From NCBI GenBank assembly GCA_024638645.1, contig JAHEJX010000003.1, positions 1,395 through 65,394 on the forward strand: a DNA stretch of 64,000 bases, in the 5' to 3' direction. A program made the position numbers and the translations under genes. Shown piece by piece: positions 46,609-55,462 of the stretch (positions within the stretch are counted from its first letter, which is position 1; every line of letters starts with the position of its first letter). This stretch comes from Actinomycetes bacterium. Lineage in GTDB: Bacteria > Actinomycetota > Acidimicrobiia > Spongiisociales > UBA5794. Under the pieces are notes generated by a model that did no database searches, was not told where the DNA came from, and saw nothing but the letters and a program-made list of their open reading frames with translations.

Positions 46609-47789
46609 AGCTGGCGATCCTGTCACGGTCCCCGCGTATATACAGCACCCAGCGCCTCAAGACCGCAGCCCAGGAACGAGGCCACTCCGTGCGGGTGCTC
46701 GACACCCTGCGCTTCTCCATCGATCTTGCCGGGGACGAGCCAGATCTGCAATATCGCGGCAAGCAGCTCAGCCACTATGACGCTGTACTGCCCCGGATTG
46801 GAGCATCGATAACGTTCTACGGCATGGCCGTAGTGCGCCAGTTTGAGCAGATGGACGTATACACACCCAATACGTCCAATGGCATTGCAAACTCGAGAGA
46901 CAAGCTTCGAGCGATCCAGATCTTGTCGCGGCACAACATAGGAATCCCGGCGACCACCTTCGTCAGAGATCGCGCCGACGTACTGCCCGCAATCGAGCGG
47001 GTCGGGGGTTCACCCGTTGTGATCAAACTCCTCGAGGGGACGCAGGGCATCGGTGTGATTCTGGCCCCTGACGTGAAGGTGGCGGAGGCGGTGATCGAGA
47101 CGTTGCAGAGCACGCGTCAGAATGTTCTGATCCAGCGATTCGTCGCAGAAAGCAAGGGGCAAGACATTCGAGCTTTCGTCGTTGGTGACAGGGTCGTCGC
47201 CGCGATGAGGCGCAAGGCCTCGGGCGACGAGTTTCGCTCCAATCTGCATCGCGGCGGCACCTCTGAGGTCGTGCACCTCGATCCGGAGTTTGAACGAGTC
47301 GCCGTCCAGTCGGCGCAGATCATGGGACTTCGCGTCGCCGGCGTCGACATGCTCGAAAGCGAGGATGGGCCCTTGGTGATGGAGGTGAACTCTTCCCCGG
47401 GGCTGGAGGGAATAGAGACGGCGACCGACCTCGATATTGCAGGAGCCATTGTCGACTACATCGCGAACCAGGTTGCATTCCCGGAATTGGACATACGGCA
47501 ACGGCTCACGGTCAGTACGGGCTACGGCGTTGCCGAGCTTCAAGTGGGCCAGAAGTCTGATCTCGTCGGTAAAGCAATCGGAGATACCGGTCTGCGGGAG
47601 CGAGACATCACGGTGCTCACGCTGACCCGAGGCACCACTGTCATCCCCAATCCGCGCGGAGTTCGCGAGCTCGAGGTCGACGACAGATTGCTCTGTTTTG
47701 GCAGGCTGGAATCGATGCGCGACCTCGTGCCCGAGCGCAAGCGGCGGCGTGCCCGCCCGAAGATCAAGCCATTGCCTCATGACGACTGA
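46605..47789 (+). CDS. rimK: RimK-family alpha-L-glutamate ligase (ATP-grasp) with a C-terminal TrkA-C/RCK_C-like domain
   Basis: MKLAILSR..R.YST.RL..AA..RGH.V..LD plus ATP-grasp motifs (VVIKLLEGTQGIGV, EVNSSPGLEGIE). The extra ~95 aa (VAELQVGQKSDLVGKAIGDTGLRERDITVLTLTRG..VIPNP...L...D.LL.FG) looks like TrkA-C. Confidence 0.85.
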   Translation: MKLAILSRSPRIYSTQRLKTAAQERGHSVRVLDTLRFSIDLAGDEPDLQYRGKQLSHYDAVLPRIGASITFYGMAVVRQFEQMDVYTPNTSNGIANSRDKLRAIQILSRHNIGIPATTFVRDRADVLPAIERVGGSPVVIKLLEGTQGIGVILAPDVKVAEAVIETLQSTRQNVLIQRFVAESKGQDIRAFVVGDRVVAAMRRKASGDEFRSNLHRGGTSEVVHLDPEFERVAVQSAQIMGLRVAGVDMLESEDGPLVMEVNSSPGLEGIETATDLDIAGAIVDYIANQVAFPELDIRQRLTVSTGYGVAELQVGQKSDLVGKAIGDTGLRERDITVLTLTRGTTVIPNPRGVRELEVDDRLLCFGRLESMRDLVPERKRRRARPKIKPLPHDD

Positions 47790-48726
47790 GTCATTTGCGA
47801 TCGCAGGCGAATCGGTGAAACCGGGCCAACAAGCTCAATTCGAGCTGCCGATTGCGAAGTTGATGAGTGGCACCCCTGTTGCACTTCCTGTGATCGTTGT
47901 ACATGGCAAGCAACCCGGCCCCGTCGTATGGGTCAGTGCCGCCGTTCACGGCGACGAGATCAACGGGGTCGAGATCGTGCGCCGCGTGTTGTCGCAGATT
48001 TCGGCTCGCGAGTTGGCGGGCACCCTGATTGCAGTTCCGGTGGTGAACGTTCACGGATTCAACTCAGGTGATCGTTATCTGCCAGATCGGCGTGACCTCA
48101 ACCGGTCATTTCCAGGGTCGCTGCGCGGCTCGCTTGCCAGCCAGATCGCCCATCTGTTTGTGACGGAAGTCGTCTCGCGATGCAGCGTCGGAATCGATCT
48201 GCACACGGGATCGGACCACAGGATCAACTTGCCACAGATTCGAGCAGACCTCGACGACCCTGAGACGCTGGCGCTAGCCAGGGCATTTGGGCCACCGATC
48301 GCGATTCATTCGGCCACAAGGGACGGATCACTCCGCCAGGTGGCTGCGGACATGGGTACCAGAGTGCTGCTGTTCGAGGGGGGTGAGGCCAACAGGTTCG
48401 ACGAAGCCTCCATCCAGGCCGGCACGGCGGGCGTGCGCAGGGTCATGGCAGCCCGTGGCATGCTGGCCGACGTCGCCGGTCCCCCTGGCGAGTGCGCCCT
48501 ATCGCGCAAGAGTCGCTGGATGCGCGCCACCCGCAGCGGCATTCTCAGCCTCAATGTTGAGAGTGGTGATGGGGTGATTGTCGGTGAGCCGATCGCCGCC
48601 ATTCACGACCCTTTCGGAAAACGACTCGGCACGGTGAAGTCTCGTGCGCAGGGCATTGTCATCGGCCACACCCAGCACCCTCTGGTCAACAAGGGCGACG
48701 CCGTAGCGCACGTAGCCGAGGTCTGA
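47779..48726 (+). CDS. succinylglutamate desuccinylase/aspartoacylase (AstE-AspA, M14-like) family protein
   Basis: Start set at MTTESF, overlapping rimK by 11 nt. Shows LPVIVVHG..PGP.VW.SAAVHGDEING.E and NRSFPGS motifs. Confidence 0.8.
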   Translation: MTTESFAIAGESVKPGQQAQFELPIAKLMSGTPVALPVIVVHGKQPGPVVWVSAAVHGDEINGVEIVRRVLSQISARELAGTLIAVPVVNVHGFNSGDRYLPDRRDLNRSFPGSLRGSLASQIAHLFVTEVVSRCSVGIDLHTGSDHRINLPQIRADLDDPETLALARAFGPPIAIHSATRDGSLRQVAADMGTRVLLFEGGEANRFDEASIQAGTAGVRRVMAARGMLADVAGPPGECALSRKSRWMRATRSGILSLNVESGDGVIVGEPIAAIHDPFGKRLGTVKSRAQGIVIGHTQHPLVNKGDAVAHVAEV

Positions 48727-48816
48727 CTCGACATTCTGCGTGTCACCCGAATCGCTCCGCAGATCGTCTGTCTTATGAGTGGCCGAGATCCGACCACTCG
48801 GGAAGGTACAGGCGAG

Positions 48817-49224
48817 ATGAAGAACTCGAGATGGTGGGTCTGGTCCGCCTCACTGGTAGCCGTGCTCATGGTGGTCTTCGCCGTAGGCAACCTCATCGAC
48901 GACGACGGGGGCCCGTTGTACGGACAGCTCATCTTGGCTGCGATCTTCGTGGGTGGCGCGGCAGCCGTTGTCTTCGGAATACGAAAGCGATCCATCGATA
49001 CCACCAGTGGCAATCGGATGATCGGGCTCGGTGTGCTGCCGGGCGTGGCCGGCCTCGCCCTTTTCTGGTTTCCGCCAGCGGTTGCCGTTGGGGTGCTTGC
49101 GGCTGTGACGTCCGTCGCTGCCTTGCGCGATACCAAGGCTCTGCCCTCGGCCGTGCGCGCCACAGGCTACGGGGCTGCCCTCCTGGTATTGGTCTTGACC
49201 GTGATTAGCGTCGGTGTGGCGTGA
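48817..49224 (+). CDS. hypothetical four-TM membrane protein
   Basis: The start at MKNSRWW has GGGAAGG upstream; the ORF track starts at 48775. Support is hydrophobic helices only. Confidence 0.4.
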   Translation: MKNSRWWVWSASLVAVLMVVFAVGNLIDDDGGPLYGQLILAAIFVGGAAAVVFGIRKRSIDTTSGNRMIGLGVLPGVAGLALFWFPPAVAVGVLAAVTSVAALRDTKALPSAVRATGYGAALLVLVLTVISVGVA

Positions 49225-49273
49225 CGAACACGGCGGCACCCCGATCTGACATGATTGGTCCGAGGAGGATCAC

Positions 49274-49672
49274 ATGAAATGGTGGGTACTCGAGCTCATC
49301 ACCGTCGGGGTGCTCGTCCTGGCGCTTGCGCTGCTGGGGCCTTTGATCAAACGCTTCGGCCGCAGCTACGCAGCCGACGTGTTCCGCGCCAACCCGCGCA
49401 CCGGCAAGAGCTACATCATTTTGATGGACGTCGCCTACTACTTGATCTTCACGGCGTACATCCTCTTCACGACAGTCTTCGAGCAGCAGTCGGGCTGGGC
49501 CGACACGGTGAACGCGGACCAGATGCGCTCCGAGACGGTGCGTATCGGGGGCATGTTGCTCATCATGGGAATCCTCCACGGCGCCAACGTGCTCAGCCTT
49601 CCGATCATCGGTCGGTTGCTGGGGCTCGGACGCCGCCTCGATGAGGATGCTCGCGAACCGCGCGCAGCCTGA
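49274..49672 (+). CDS. small three-TM membrane protein, paralogous to the C-terminal module of 50256-51008
   Basis: LGPLIKRFGRSY..D.F...P..G......DVAYYLIFTAYI ... GMLLIMGILHGA...LPIIG aligns with VGPAIRRFGEHY..D.F...P..G......DLAYYLIFGAFI ... GLLLLMGLLHVA...LPIAG. Confidence 0.5.
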   Translation: MKWWVLELITVGVLVLALALLGPLIKRFGRSYAADVFRANPRTGKSYIILMDVAYYLIFTAYILFTTVFEQQSGWADTVNADQMRSETVRIGGMLLIMGILHGANVLSLPIIGRLLGLGRRLDEDAREPRAA

Positions 49673-50259
49673 TGCTCGCTCTGCCGCTGCGTCCGGCGCG
49701 GCTCCGATTCGGCCTATGGCTCATGACAACCGTCGATCGTGTGGTTGCCGCTGTCGTCTCGATCGATCGTGATGCGCTCGTCGCCGACCTGTTTGCCGCG
49801 GAAGGAGCTCGCCTGGTGCGAATGGCCCGCCTTTTCACGGACGACCGGAACGCGGCAGAGGACCTGGTGCAGGAGGCATTCATCCGGCTGCACCGGGCCG
49901 CCCATCGCATCGATGACCCGGCCAAAGCTGCCCCGTACCTGCGGTCCATCGTGATCAACCTGGCTCGCGATCACAATCGGCGTGGGCTCATGTCGCTGCG
50001 CCATCAAGAGGCTTTGCCGGCGGGCAGTACACCCGAAGCTCCGGAGGATGAGCTCGAACTCGACGAGCGCAGGCGGCGCGTGGTTGCCGAGGTGCGCGAG
50101 CTGCCGCCGCGCCAGCGCGACTGCCTCCTCCTGCGCTTCTACCTGGAGCTGACGGAGGTCGAAACGGCCGAGGTTCTCGGAATCTCCAAGAACACTGTCA
50201 AGACGCACTTGCGGCGCGGCATGGACACGTTACGCCGGCGTCTAGAGGGGGAGACATGA
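49672..50259 (+). CDS. ECF-type RNA polymerase sigma factor
   Basis: Region 2 (AEDLVQEAFIRLHR, YLRSIVINLARDHNRR) and region 4 (LPPRQRDCLLLRFYLELTEVETAEVLGISKNTVKTHLRRG) are both present. An alternative start lies at 49723. Confidence 0.85.
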   Translation: MLALPLRPARLRFGLWLMTTVDRVVAAVVSIDRDALVADLFAAEGARLVRMARLFTDDRNAAEDLVQEAFIRLHRAAHRIDDPAKAAPYLRSIVINLARDHNRRGLMSLRHQEALPAGSTPEAPEDELELDERRRRVVAEVRELPPRQRDCLLLRFYLELTEVETAEVLGISKNTVKTHLRRGMDTLRRRLEGET

Positions 50260-51008
50260 CGATCGAACAACTCGTTGGCGACGCCCTTCGCGCAGCCGAT
50301 ACTTATGAGCCGAGCCCAGATTTGTTCGCCAAAGTGCAGCGGTCCATTGACGATGACGCTGCCCACCGGAGGCGTGTCCGGCGTGCTCTGACCTGGGTCG
50401 GCATCGGGTTGATGGTGACGGCGGTCTATTTGCTGGCGACGGTGGACGTTGTTGATGGCACTGTGTCCATGTCGTTCACAGCGTTGGAGGTATTGACCAC
50501 CGTCGTGATGATTCTGATCGTTGTCTTGGTGGGCCCTGCGATTCGCCGGTTCGGCGAGCACTACGAAAAGGACGCCTTCGGGAGCGATCCGGAGGTCGGA
50601 GCCCACGTCTTGAGATTGCTCGACCTCGCCTACTACCTGATCTTCGGCGCCTTCATCGTGATCACCCTTGTTTTCGACCCGGCACTCGTGTTTGAAGAAC
50701 GGTTCGCCGTGTTACGCGACGGTTGGTTGGCAGTGTGGATACGCGGTGAGCTGGTGAGGGTCGCCGGGTTGCTGTTGCTCATGGGATTACTGCATGTCGC
50801 GCTGCTTGTGGCGCTCCCAATCGCGGGCCTGGTACACAGTGCCAATGAGCGCCGGCGGCGCATCATGGCGGGCGCCGTTTCCGGCGATGCGCTGGCCGAT
50901 CGTGTCGATCGAACCATCACCGTCGCGGCCTGGGTGGTGGCACTGCTTGTGACAGTCGTACTCCTTTTCGCGGTGTTCTTGCTGGTGGTTGGAGGGATCT
51001 CAGGATGA
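50256..51008 (+). CDS. putative anti-sigma factor (short cytoplasmic N-domain plus multi-TM module)
   Basis: It overlaps the sigma gene by 4 nt, in the position typical of a cognate anti-sigma. It has an N-terminal soluble ~50 aa followed by TM helices. Confidence 0.5.
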   Translation: MTIEQLVGDALRAADTYEPSPDLFAKVQRSIDDDAAHRRRVRRALTWVGIGLMVTAVYLLATVDVVDGTVSMSFTALEVLTTVVMILIVVLVGPAIRRFGEHYEKDAFGSDPEVGAHVLRLLDLAYYLIFGAFIVITLVFDPALVFEERFAVLRDGWLAVWIRGELVRVAGLLLLMGLLHVALLVALPIAGLVHSANERRRRIMAGAVSGDALADRVDRTITVAAWVVALLVTVVLLFAVFLLVVGGISG

Positions 51009-51796
51009 CTACCGCAGCGCCGCCGCGAGCGCCGAGCGGTTCCGCGCCGATCGTGCGTGAGATCGCACGTGGCGGCCTGGCAGGGCTGCTGACGGGCATC
51101 GTCATGGGCGGCGGGGGCGGAAGACTGGCGATGCGCGTCTCTTCGCTCCTCGATCCTGCCGCAAGGGGAGCCCGCACGGAAGCAGGTGCAACCGTCGGCG
51201 AGTTCACGCTGGAAGGCACGGTCAGCTTTGTCATCTTCGTGGGACTTTTTTCGGGAATCGCCCTTGCGGTCATCTGGGTGATTGCACAGCGCTGGCTCCC
51301 GAGTCGGGGCGTGGCACGCTACGCGGCTGCCTCGCTGCTCGGCATCGCAATGGGGGCGCGGTTTGCCATCGAGGGCCGCAACATCGATTTCCTCATTCTG
51401 GATCCCAAGGCTGCCCAGGTGGCGGTCTTCGTCGTCCTGGCGGCGGCCACTGGGGCTGTCGTCGTTGGTGTCGATCGTTGGCTCGAGCGTCGCCTCCCGG
51501 CACCGTCCGATGCGGCTCTGCAGTGGTACCGGGCGATCACTGTGGTTGGAGTCCTCCTTGCCATCCCCGCAATCCTGGGCCTCTTCAATTCCAATGAGTG
51601 CTCATGCGTCAGTCCTCCGCGACTACCTGGGGCGTTTCTGGTTGTGCTCGGGGGCACCTCGGTCTCCGCCTGGTTGCATCAGAAGAAGGGCTCAGTGGCG
51701 CCGGGATGGTTGCGCCGTGGCGGGCAGTTATCGCTGGCAGCAACGATCGTTGCTGGTTTCCTGCACCTCGCAGGCGAGGTGGCTTACTTCATCTGA
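51005..51796 (+). CDS. hypothetical polytopic membrane protein
   Basis: It overlaps the previous gene by 4 nt and has multiple hydrophobic helices. I recognise no family. Confidence 0.45.
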   Translation: MTTAAPPRAPSGSAPIVREIARGGLAGLLTGIVMGGGGGRLAMRVSSLLDPAARGARTEAGATVGEFTLEGTVSFVIFVGLFSGIALAVIWVIAQRWLPSRGVARYAAASLLGIAMGARFAIEGRNIDFLILDPKAAQVAVFVVLAAATGAVVVGVDRWLERRLPAPSDAALQWYRAITVVGVLLAIPAILGLFNSNECSCVSPPRLPGAFLVVLGGTSVSAWLHQKKGSVAPGWLRRGGQLSLAATIVAGFLHLAGEVAYFI

Positions 51797-51826
51797 GGCG
51801 CCCAATCATGGGCGTCGGGCCCGTGT

Positions 51827-52252
51827 TCAGTCCGGCAGGACGTAGCTTGTCGTTGCATGCCCGACCAGCCGATCGGGTGCGCCGTCCATATAGAGGTCCG
51901 CCGTGCCATAGGCCACTCGCCGCCCCACCTTGAGCACCTCGGCCTTGCAGATCACGTCGCCGCCGATCGCAGGGCGGAGGAAGTTGTACTTCAGCTCGTT
52001 TGTCACGGCAAGCGGCACGATGCCGATCTTGGTGAACAGCGCCCAGTAGAAGGTTGCGTCTGCCATCGCCATCAGGATTGGGCCGGCTATGAAGTCGACT
52101 GGCCGGGTCCAACGTGCCTCATGAGTGAACCGGCTCACCGCAACGCCGTCGCCTATCGACTCGAGATGGATGTTCATCTCGGCGCAGAACGGCACCATCT
52201 CAGCGTTGAACTCCCGGATCTGTTCCAGAGTGACTGGAAGGGCGCTATCCAT
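51827..52252 (-). CDS. PaaI/hotdog-fold thioesterase family protein
   Basis: Trimmed to MDSALPVT (141 aa). The layout G...G.....A.......A...........T..L...FLRPA..G.....A.V...GRR is typical of PaaI-like thioesterases. Confidence 0.7.
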   Translation of the reverse strand: MDSALPVTLEQIREFNAEMVPFCAEMNIHLESIGDGVAVSRFTHEARWTRPVDFIAGPILMAMADATFYWALFTKIGIVPLAVTNELKYNFLRPAIGGDVICKAEVLKVGRRVAYGTADLYMDGAPDRLVGHATTSYVLPD

Positions 52253-52361
52253 GGCGTCGACTCTATGCCACCTGCCGCACGATGGCGGCCAAGTGCGAGC
52301 CGCCTCGCAGCTTTTACCAGTCGGGGCTATCGTCACCGTGTCCTACCTGAGGCGGTTCCCC

Positions 52362-53510
52362 TTGCGAATTCTGATCCTTGGCGGCGACGGGTATCTGGGA
52401 TGGCCAACCGCCATGCACCTGTCGGCTGCCGGTCATGACGTCGCCGTGGTCGACGACTTCACACGGCGCAGCATGCACCAGGAACGCGGCACGTCGAGCC
52501 TCACGCCGATTGCTCCGCTGCCAGACCGTGTCTCAGCCTGGCGTGAGATAACCGGTCGAGACGTCGAGATGCACGTCGCTGACATCACCGACTACGCCTC
52601 TCTGCGTTCGATCTTTGAGCAAACTCGACCGGAAGGAATTGTTCACTACGGCGAGATCCCGTCCGCCCCCTATTCGATGATCGACAGAGATCACGCCGCC
52701 TACGTGCAACAGAACAACGTCATCGGCACTCTCAACGTGTTGTGGGCAATGCGCGAGGTGGCTCCCGATTCACATCTGGTGAAGTTGGGCACGATGGGTG
52801 AATACGGAACTCCCAACATCGACATCGAAGAGGGCTACATCGAAATCGCGCACAAGGGCCGCTCTGACACGATGCTGTTCCCCAAGCAGCCCGGCAGCTT
52901 CTATCACCTGACCAAGGTGCACGATTCGAACAACATCCACTTCGCCTGCCGCATGTGGGGGTTGCGGGCTACCGACCTCAACCAGGGCGTCGTTTACGGC
53001 ATGCACACGGACGAGACGCAATTGGACGACCGGTTGCTGACCCGCTTCGACTACGACGAGCTGTTCGGAACCGCGCTGAACCGATTCGCTGTGCAGGCGG
53101 TGCTCGGCTATCCGTTGACCGTCTACGGCGCAGGACATCAGACACGAGGATTCCTTGACATCCGGGACACCATGCAGTGCATCGCCCTGGCGCTTGCCAA
53201 CCCAGCGCAATCCGGCGAGATGCGTGTGTACAACCAGTTCACGGAGACCTTCAGCGTCATGGAGCTCGCCGAGGTGGTGAAGGAAGCCGCGGTGCATCTC
53301 GGATACGAAGTCGAGATCGACCATCTCGACAATCCGAGAATCGAGGCAGAAGAGCACTACTTCAATCCGGTTCACACCAAGCTGCTAGATCTTGGCCTCA
53401 AGCCGCACCTGCTGTCAGAAACCCTTGTCGAATCTATGATCTCGGGCGTTGCCGACTATGCAGATCGCATCCAGATCGACTCCATTGCTCCAAAGACGAA
53501 GTGGCGGTGA
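52362..53510 (+). CDS. sqdB: UDP-sulfoquinovose synthase
   Basis: It is near-colinear with my recollection of plant SQD1/bacterial SqdB: GGDGYLGW, SLTPIA, SAPYSMID, NNVIGTLNVL, HLVKLGTMGEYGTPNIDIEEGY, FPKQPGSFYHLTKVHDS, ATDLNQGVVYG, FGTALNRF.VQA, LTVYG.G.QTRGFLDIRDT, NPR.EAEEHY. The TTG at 52362 (MRILILGG) is preferred as start, with GAGG upstream. Confidence 0.9.
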   Translation: MRILILGGDGYLGWPTAMHLSAAGHDVAVVDDFTRRSMHQERGTSSLTPIAPLPDRVSAWREITGRDVEMHVADITDYASLRSIFEQTRPEGIVHYGEIPSAPYSMIDRDHAAYVQQNNVIGTLNVLWAMREVAPDSHLVKLGTMGEYGTPNIDIEEGYIEIAHKGRSDTMLFPKQPGSFYHLTKVHDSNNIHFACRMWGLRATDLNQGVVYGMHTDETQLDDRLLTRFDYDELFGTALNRFAVQAVLGYPLTVYGAGHQTRGFLDIRDTMQCIALALANPAQSGEMRVYNQFTETFSVMELAEVVKEAAVHLGYEVEIDHLDNPRIEAEEHYFNPVHTKLLDLGLKPHLLSETLVESMISGVADYADRIQIDSIAPKTKWR

Positions 53511-54433
53511 GCGGGCGCGTCCTTATCACGGGAGGTTGCGGCTTTGTTGGTGTCAACCTCGGTCGTTTGCTGATAGATCGTGGCTGGACGGTCGTTGCAT
53601 ACGACTCTCTCGTCGCGGGCTCTCGGTCTGACGCCGAACGCGTCGGCATGGCGGTCGTCGAAGGTGACGTCCGGGACGCCGAGACGTTGGCTGCAGCCGC
53701 CGGACATGCCGATTTGGTCGTTCATCTAGCGGCGCACACCAGCGTCATCGATTCGATCGAGCAGCCCGCTCTGGACCTCGATGTGAATGTGACCGGCACC
53801 CTCAATGCATTGGTGGCGGCTCGCGACGCCGGCGCACGCCACTTCGTCTTCGCTTCCTCGAACGCGCCTCTTGGCTCTGCCCCAGCCCCCTCCCGTGAGG
53901 ATGTGCTGCCACAGCCGCTCTCGCCGTACGGCGCTTCCAAGCTTGCGGGGGAGGCGCTTTGTTCGGCGTTCCGTGCGTCCTACGGGTTGCCCGCGACCGT
54001 TCTCCGGTTCTCGAATGTGTACGGGCCATACAGCTATCACAAAGGCAGCGTCGTCGCACTGTTCATGCGGCGGCTGCTGCGGGGGGATGGTCTCACCATC
54101 TACGGCGACGGCGAGCAAACAAGAGACTTCGTTCACGTGACCGACCTATGTCAGGGTATCTTCGCCGCTCTCGGTTTGGATAGTGCAGGCGATACCTACC
54201 ACCTCGCCTCGGGCACCGAAACGACGGTTAACTCTTTGGCATCCGCAATGTTCGAGCTGTTCCCGGACCATCCCGGGCAGATCGAATACGTGCAGGCTCG
54301 GCCCGGCGAAGTACTGCGCAGCTATTCCGATATTTCGAAGGCTCGAGCCGATCTGCGGTTCACGCCGACAATCGACCTGCCATCGGGCCTTGCCGAAACC
54401 AAGCTCTGGTTCTTGGAGGAGTACGGCGAATGA
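53507..54433 (+). CDS. NAD-dependent epimerase/dehydratase (extended SDR, UDP-hexose 4-epimerase-like)
   Basis: The GTG start overlaps the sqdB stop (GTGA). Shows TGGCGFVG, the YGASK catalytic dyad, and DGEQTRDFVHV. Confidence 0.85.
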   Translation: MSGRVLITGGCGFVGVNLGRLLIDRGWTVVAYDSLVAGSRSDAERVGMAVVEGDVRDAETLAAAAGHADLVVHLAAHTSVIDSIEQPALDLDVNVTGTLNALVAARDAGARHFVFASSNAPLGSAPAPSREDVLPQPLSPYGASKLAGEALCSAFRASYGLPATVLRFSNVYGPYSYHKGSVVALFMRRLLRGDGLTIYGDGEQTRDFVHVTDLCQGIFAALGLDSAGDTYHLASGTETTVNSLASAMFELFPDHPGQIEYVQARPGEVLRSYSDISKARADLRFTPTIDLPSGLAETKLWFLEEYGE

Positions 54434-55458
54434 CCTTGCGACTCGCCGGGCTCGTAGTCGGCTTACTCTTGGCCGGTATTGGGATCCTCGGTAGAAGGCG
54501 CGGCAACTTCAGTCGCGGCGACCTACTCCTTTGGCTCTCGTTCGGCCTTGCCATTTCTCTGCTGTCTGTGGTTCCAGGCACCGCAGACGCACTACTCGAC
54601 GTGTTGCGTCTAGAGAACCGCTTGTTCGCCGTTCTCGTAGTCAGCACCGGAGCTCTAACCATCTTGACGCTGCGTCAGCGGACCCGATTTCATCGGCTCG
54701 AGGCCAAGTTCGGCAATCTGGTTCGGAATCTGGCCGTGCGTGACTTCGGCGTTGAGGCGACCTCGGGCAACGGTCAGCCGACCGTTGGGATCGTCATCGC
54801 GGCATTCAATGAAGAACAGGCCATCGGGGGCGTTCTCAACGAGCTGCCAGAGACGATTGGCGACTTCGCTGTTGACGCGATCGTCGTCGTCGACGGCGGT
54901 GAGGACGACACCGAAGGTGTTGTGCGGCGTGCTGGGTACTCGGTTGCGACGCATCCGGTGAACCGGGGACAAGGAGACGCGCTCCGGACAGGCTTCGCGA
55001 TTGCACTGCGGCGCGGGGATGAGATCATCGTGACGATGGATGCTGACGGTCAGCATGCCCCTGAAGAGCTGCCGCTGCTGATCGATCCGATCGCCGCGGA
55101 CGAGGCCGACTACGTGCAAGGTTCACGATTCCTCGGCGAATATGACGACGCGGGTGGTGCCCGTCATTTCGGGATCCGTATGTTCACAAAGCTGATCAAC
55201 CTGCTGGCCGGAACCGAGATCACCGATTGCACCAACGGATACAGGGCAATCAAAGCAAAACAGCTTGCCCGTCTTCGTCTCGAAGAGGATCGATTCTCGG
55301 CGGCCGAGATCATCATGGAAGGGGCGGCAAAGAAGCTCCGGATGAAAGAGGTTCCCGTCCACATCCGTACGCGCTCGCACGGAGTGAGCCGCAAGCCACC
55401 GCGACTTGGCTATCCGCTCGGCTTCCTGCGGGTAGTCGTCAGCGTCTGGCTCAGGTAA
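54430..55458 (+). CDS. family-2 glycosyltransferase (polyprenyl-phosphate sugar synthase-like) with an N-terminal multi-TM DUF2304-like extension
   Basis: The GT-A core is VGIVIAAFNEE..I, VVDGGEDDT, TMDADGQH (DxD) and QGSRF. The first ~105 aa form 3-4 TM helices followed by RQRTRFHRLEAKFGNLVRNLA, resembling the small DUF2304 proteins usually encoded next to such GT2s. Confidence 0.8.
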   Translation: MTLRLAGLVVGLLLAGIGILGRRRGNFSRGDLLLWLSFGLAISLLSVVPGTADALLDVLRLENRLFAVLVVSTGALTILTLRQRTRFHRLEAKFGNLVRNLAVRDFGVEATSGNGQPTVGIVIAAFNEEQAIGGVLNELPETIGDFAVDAIVVVDGGEDDTEGVVRRAGYSVATHPVNRGQGDALRTGFAIALRRGDEIIVTMDADGQHAPEELPLLIDPIAADEADYVQGSRFLGEYDDAGGARHFGIRMFTKLINLLAGTEITDCTNGYRAIKAKQLARLRLEEDRFSAAEIIMEGAAKKLRMKEVPVHIRTRSHGVSRKPPRLGYPLGFLRVVVSVWLR

Positions 55459-55462
55459 GCGC

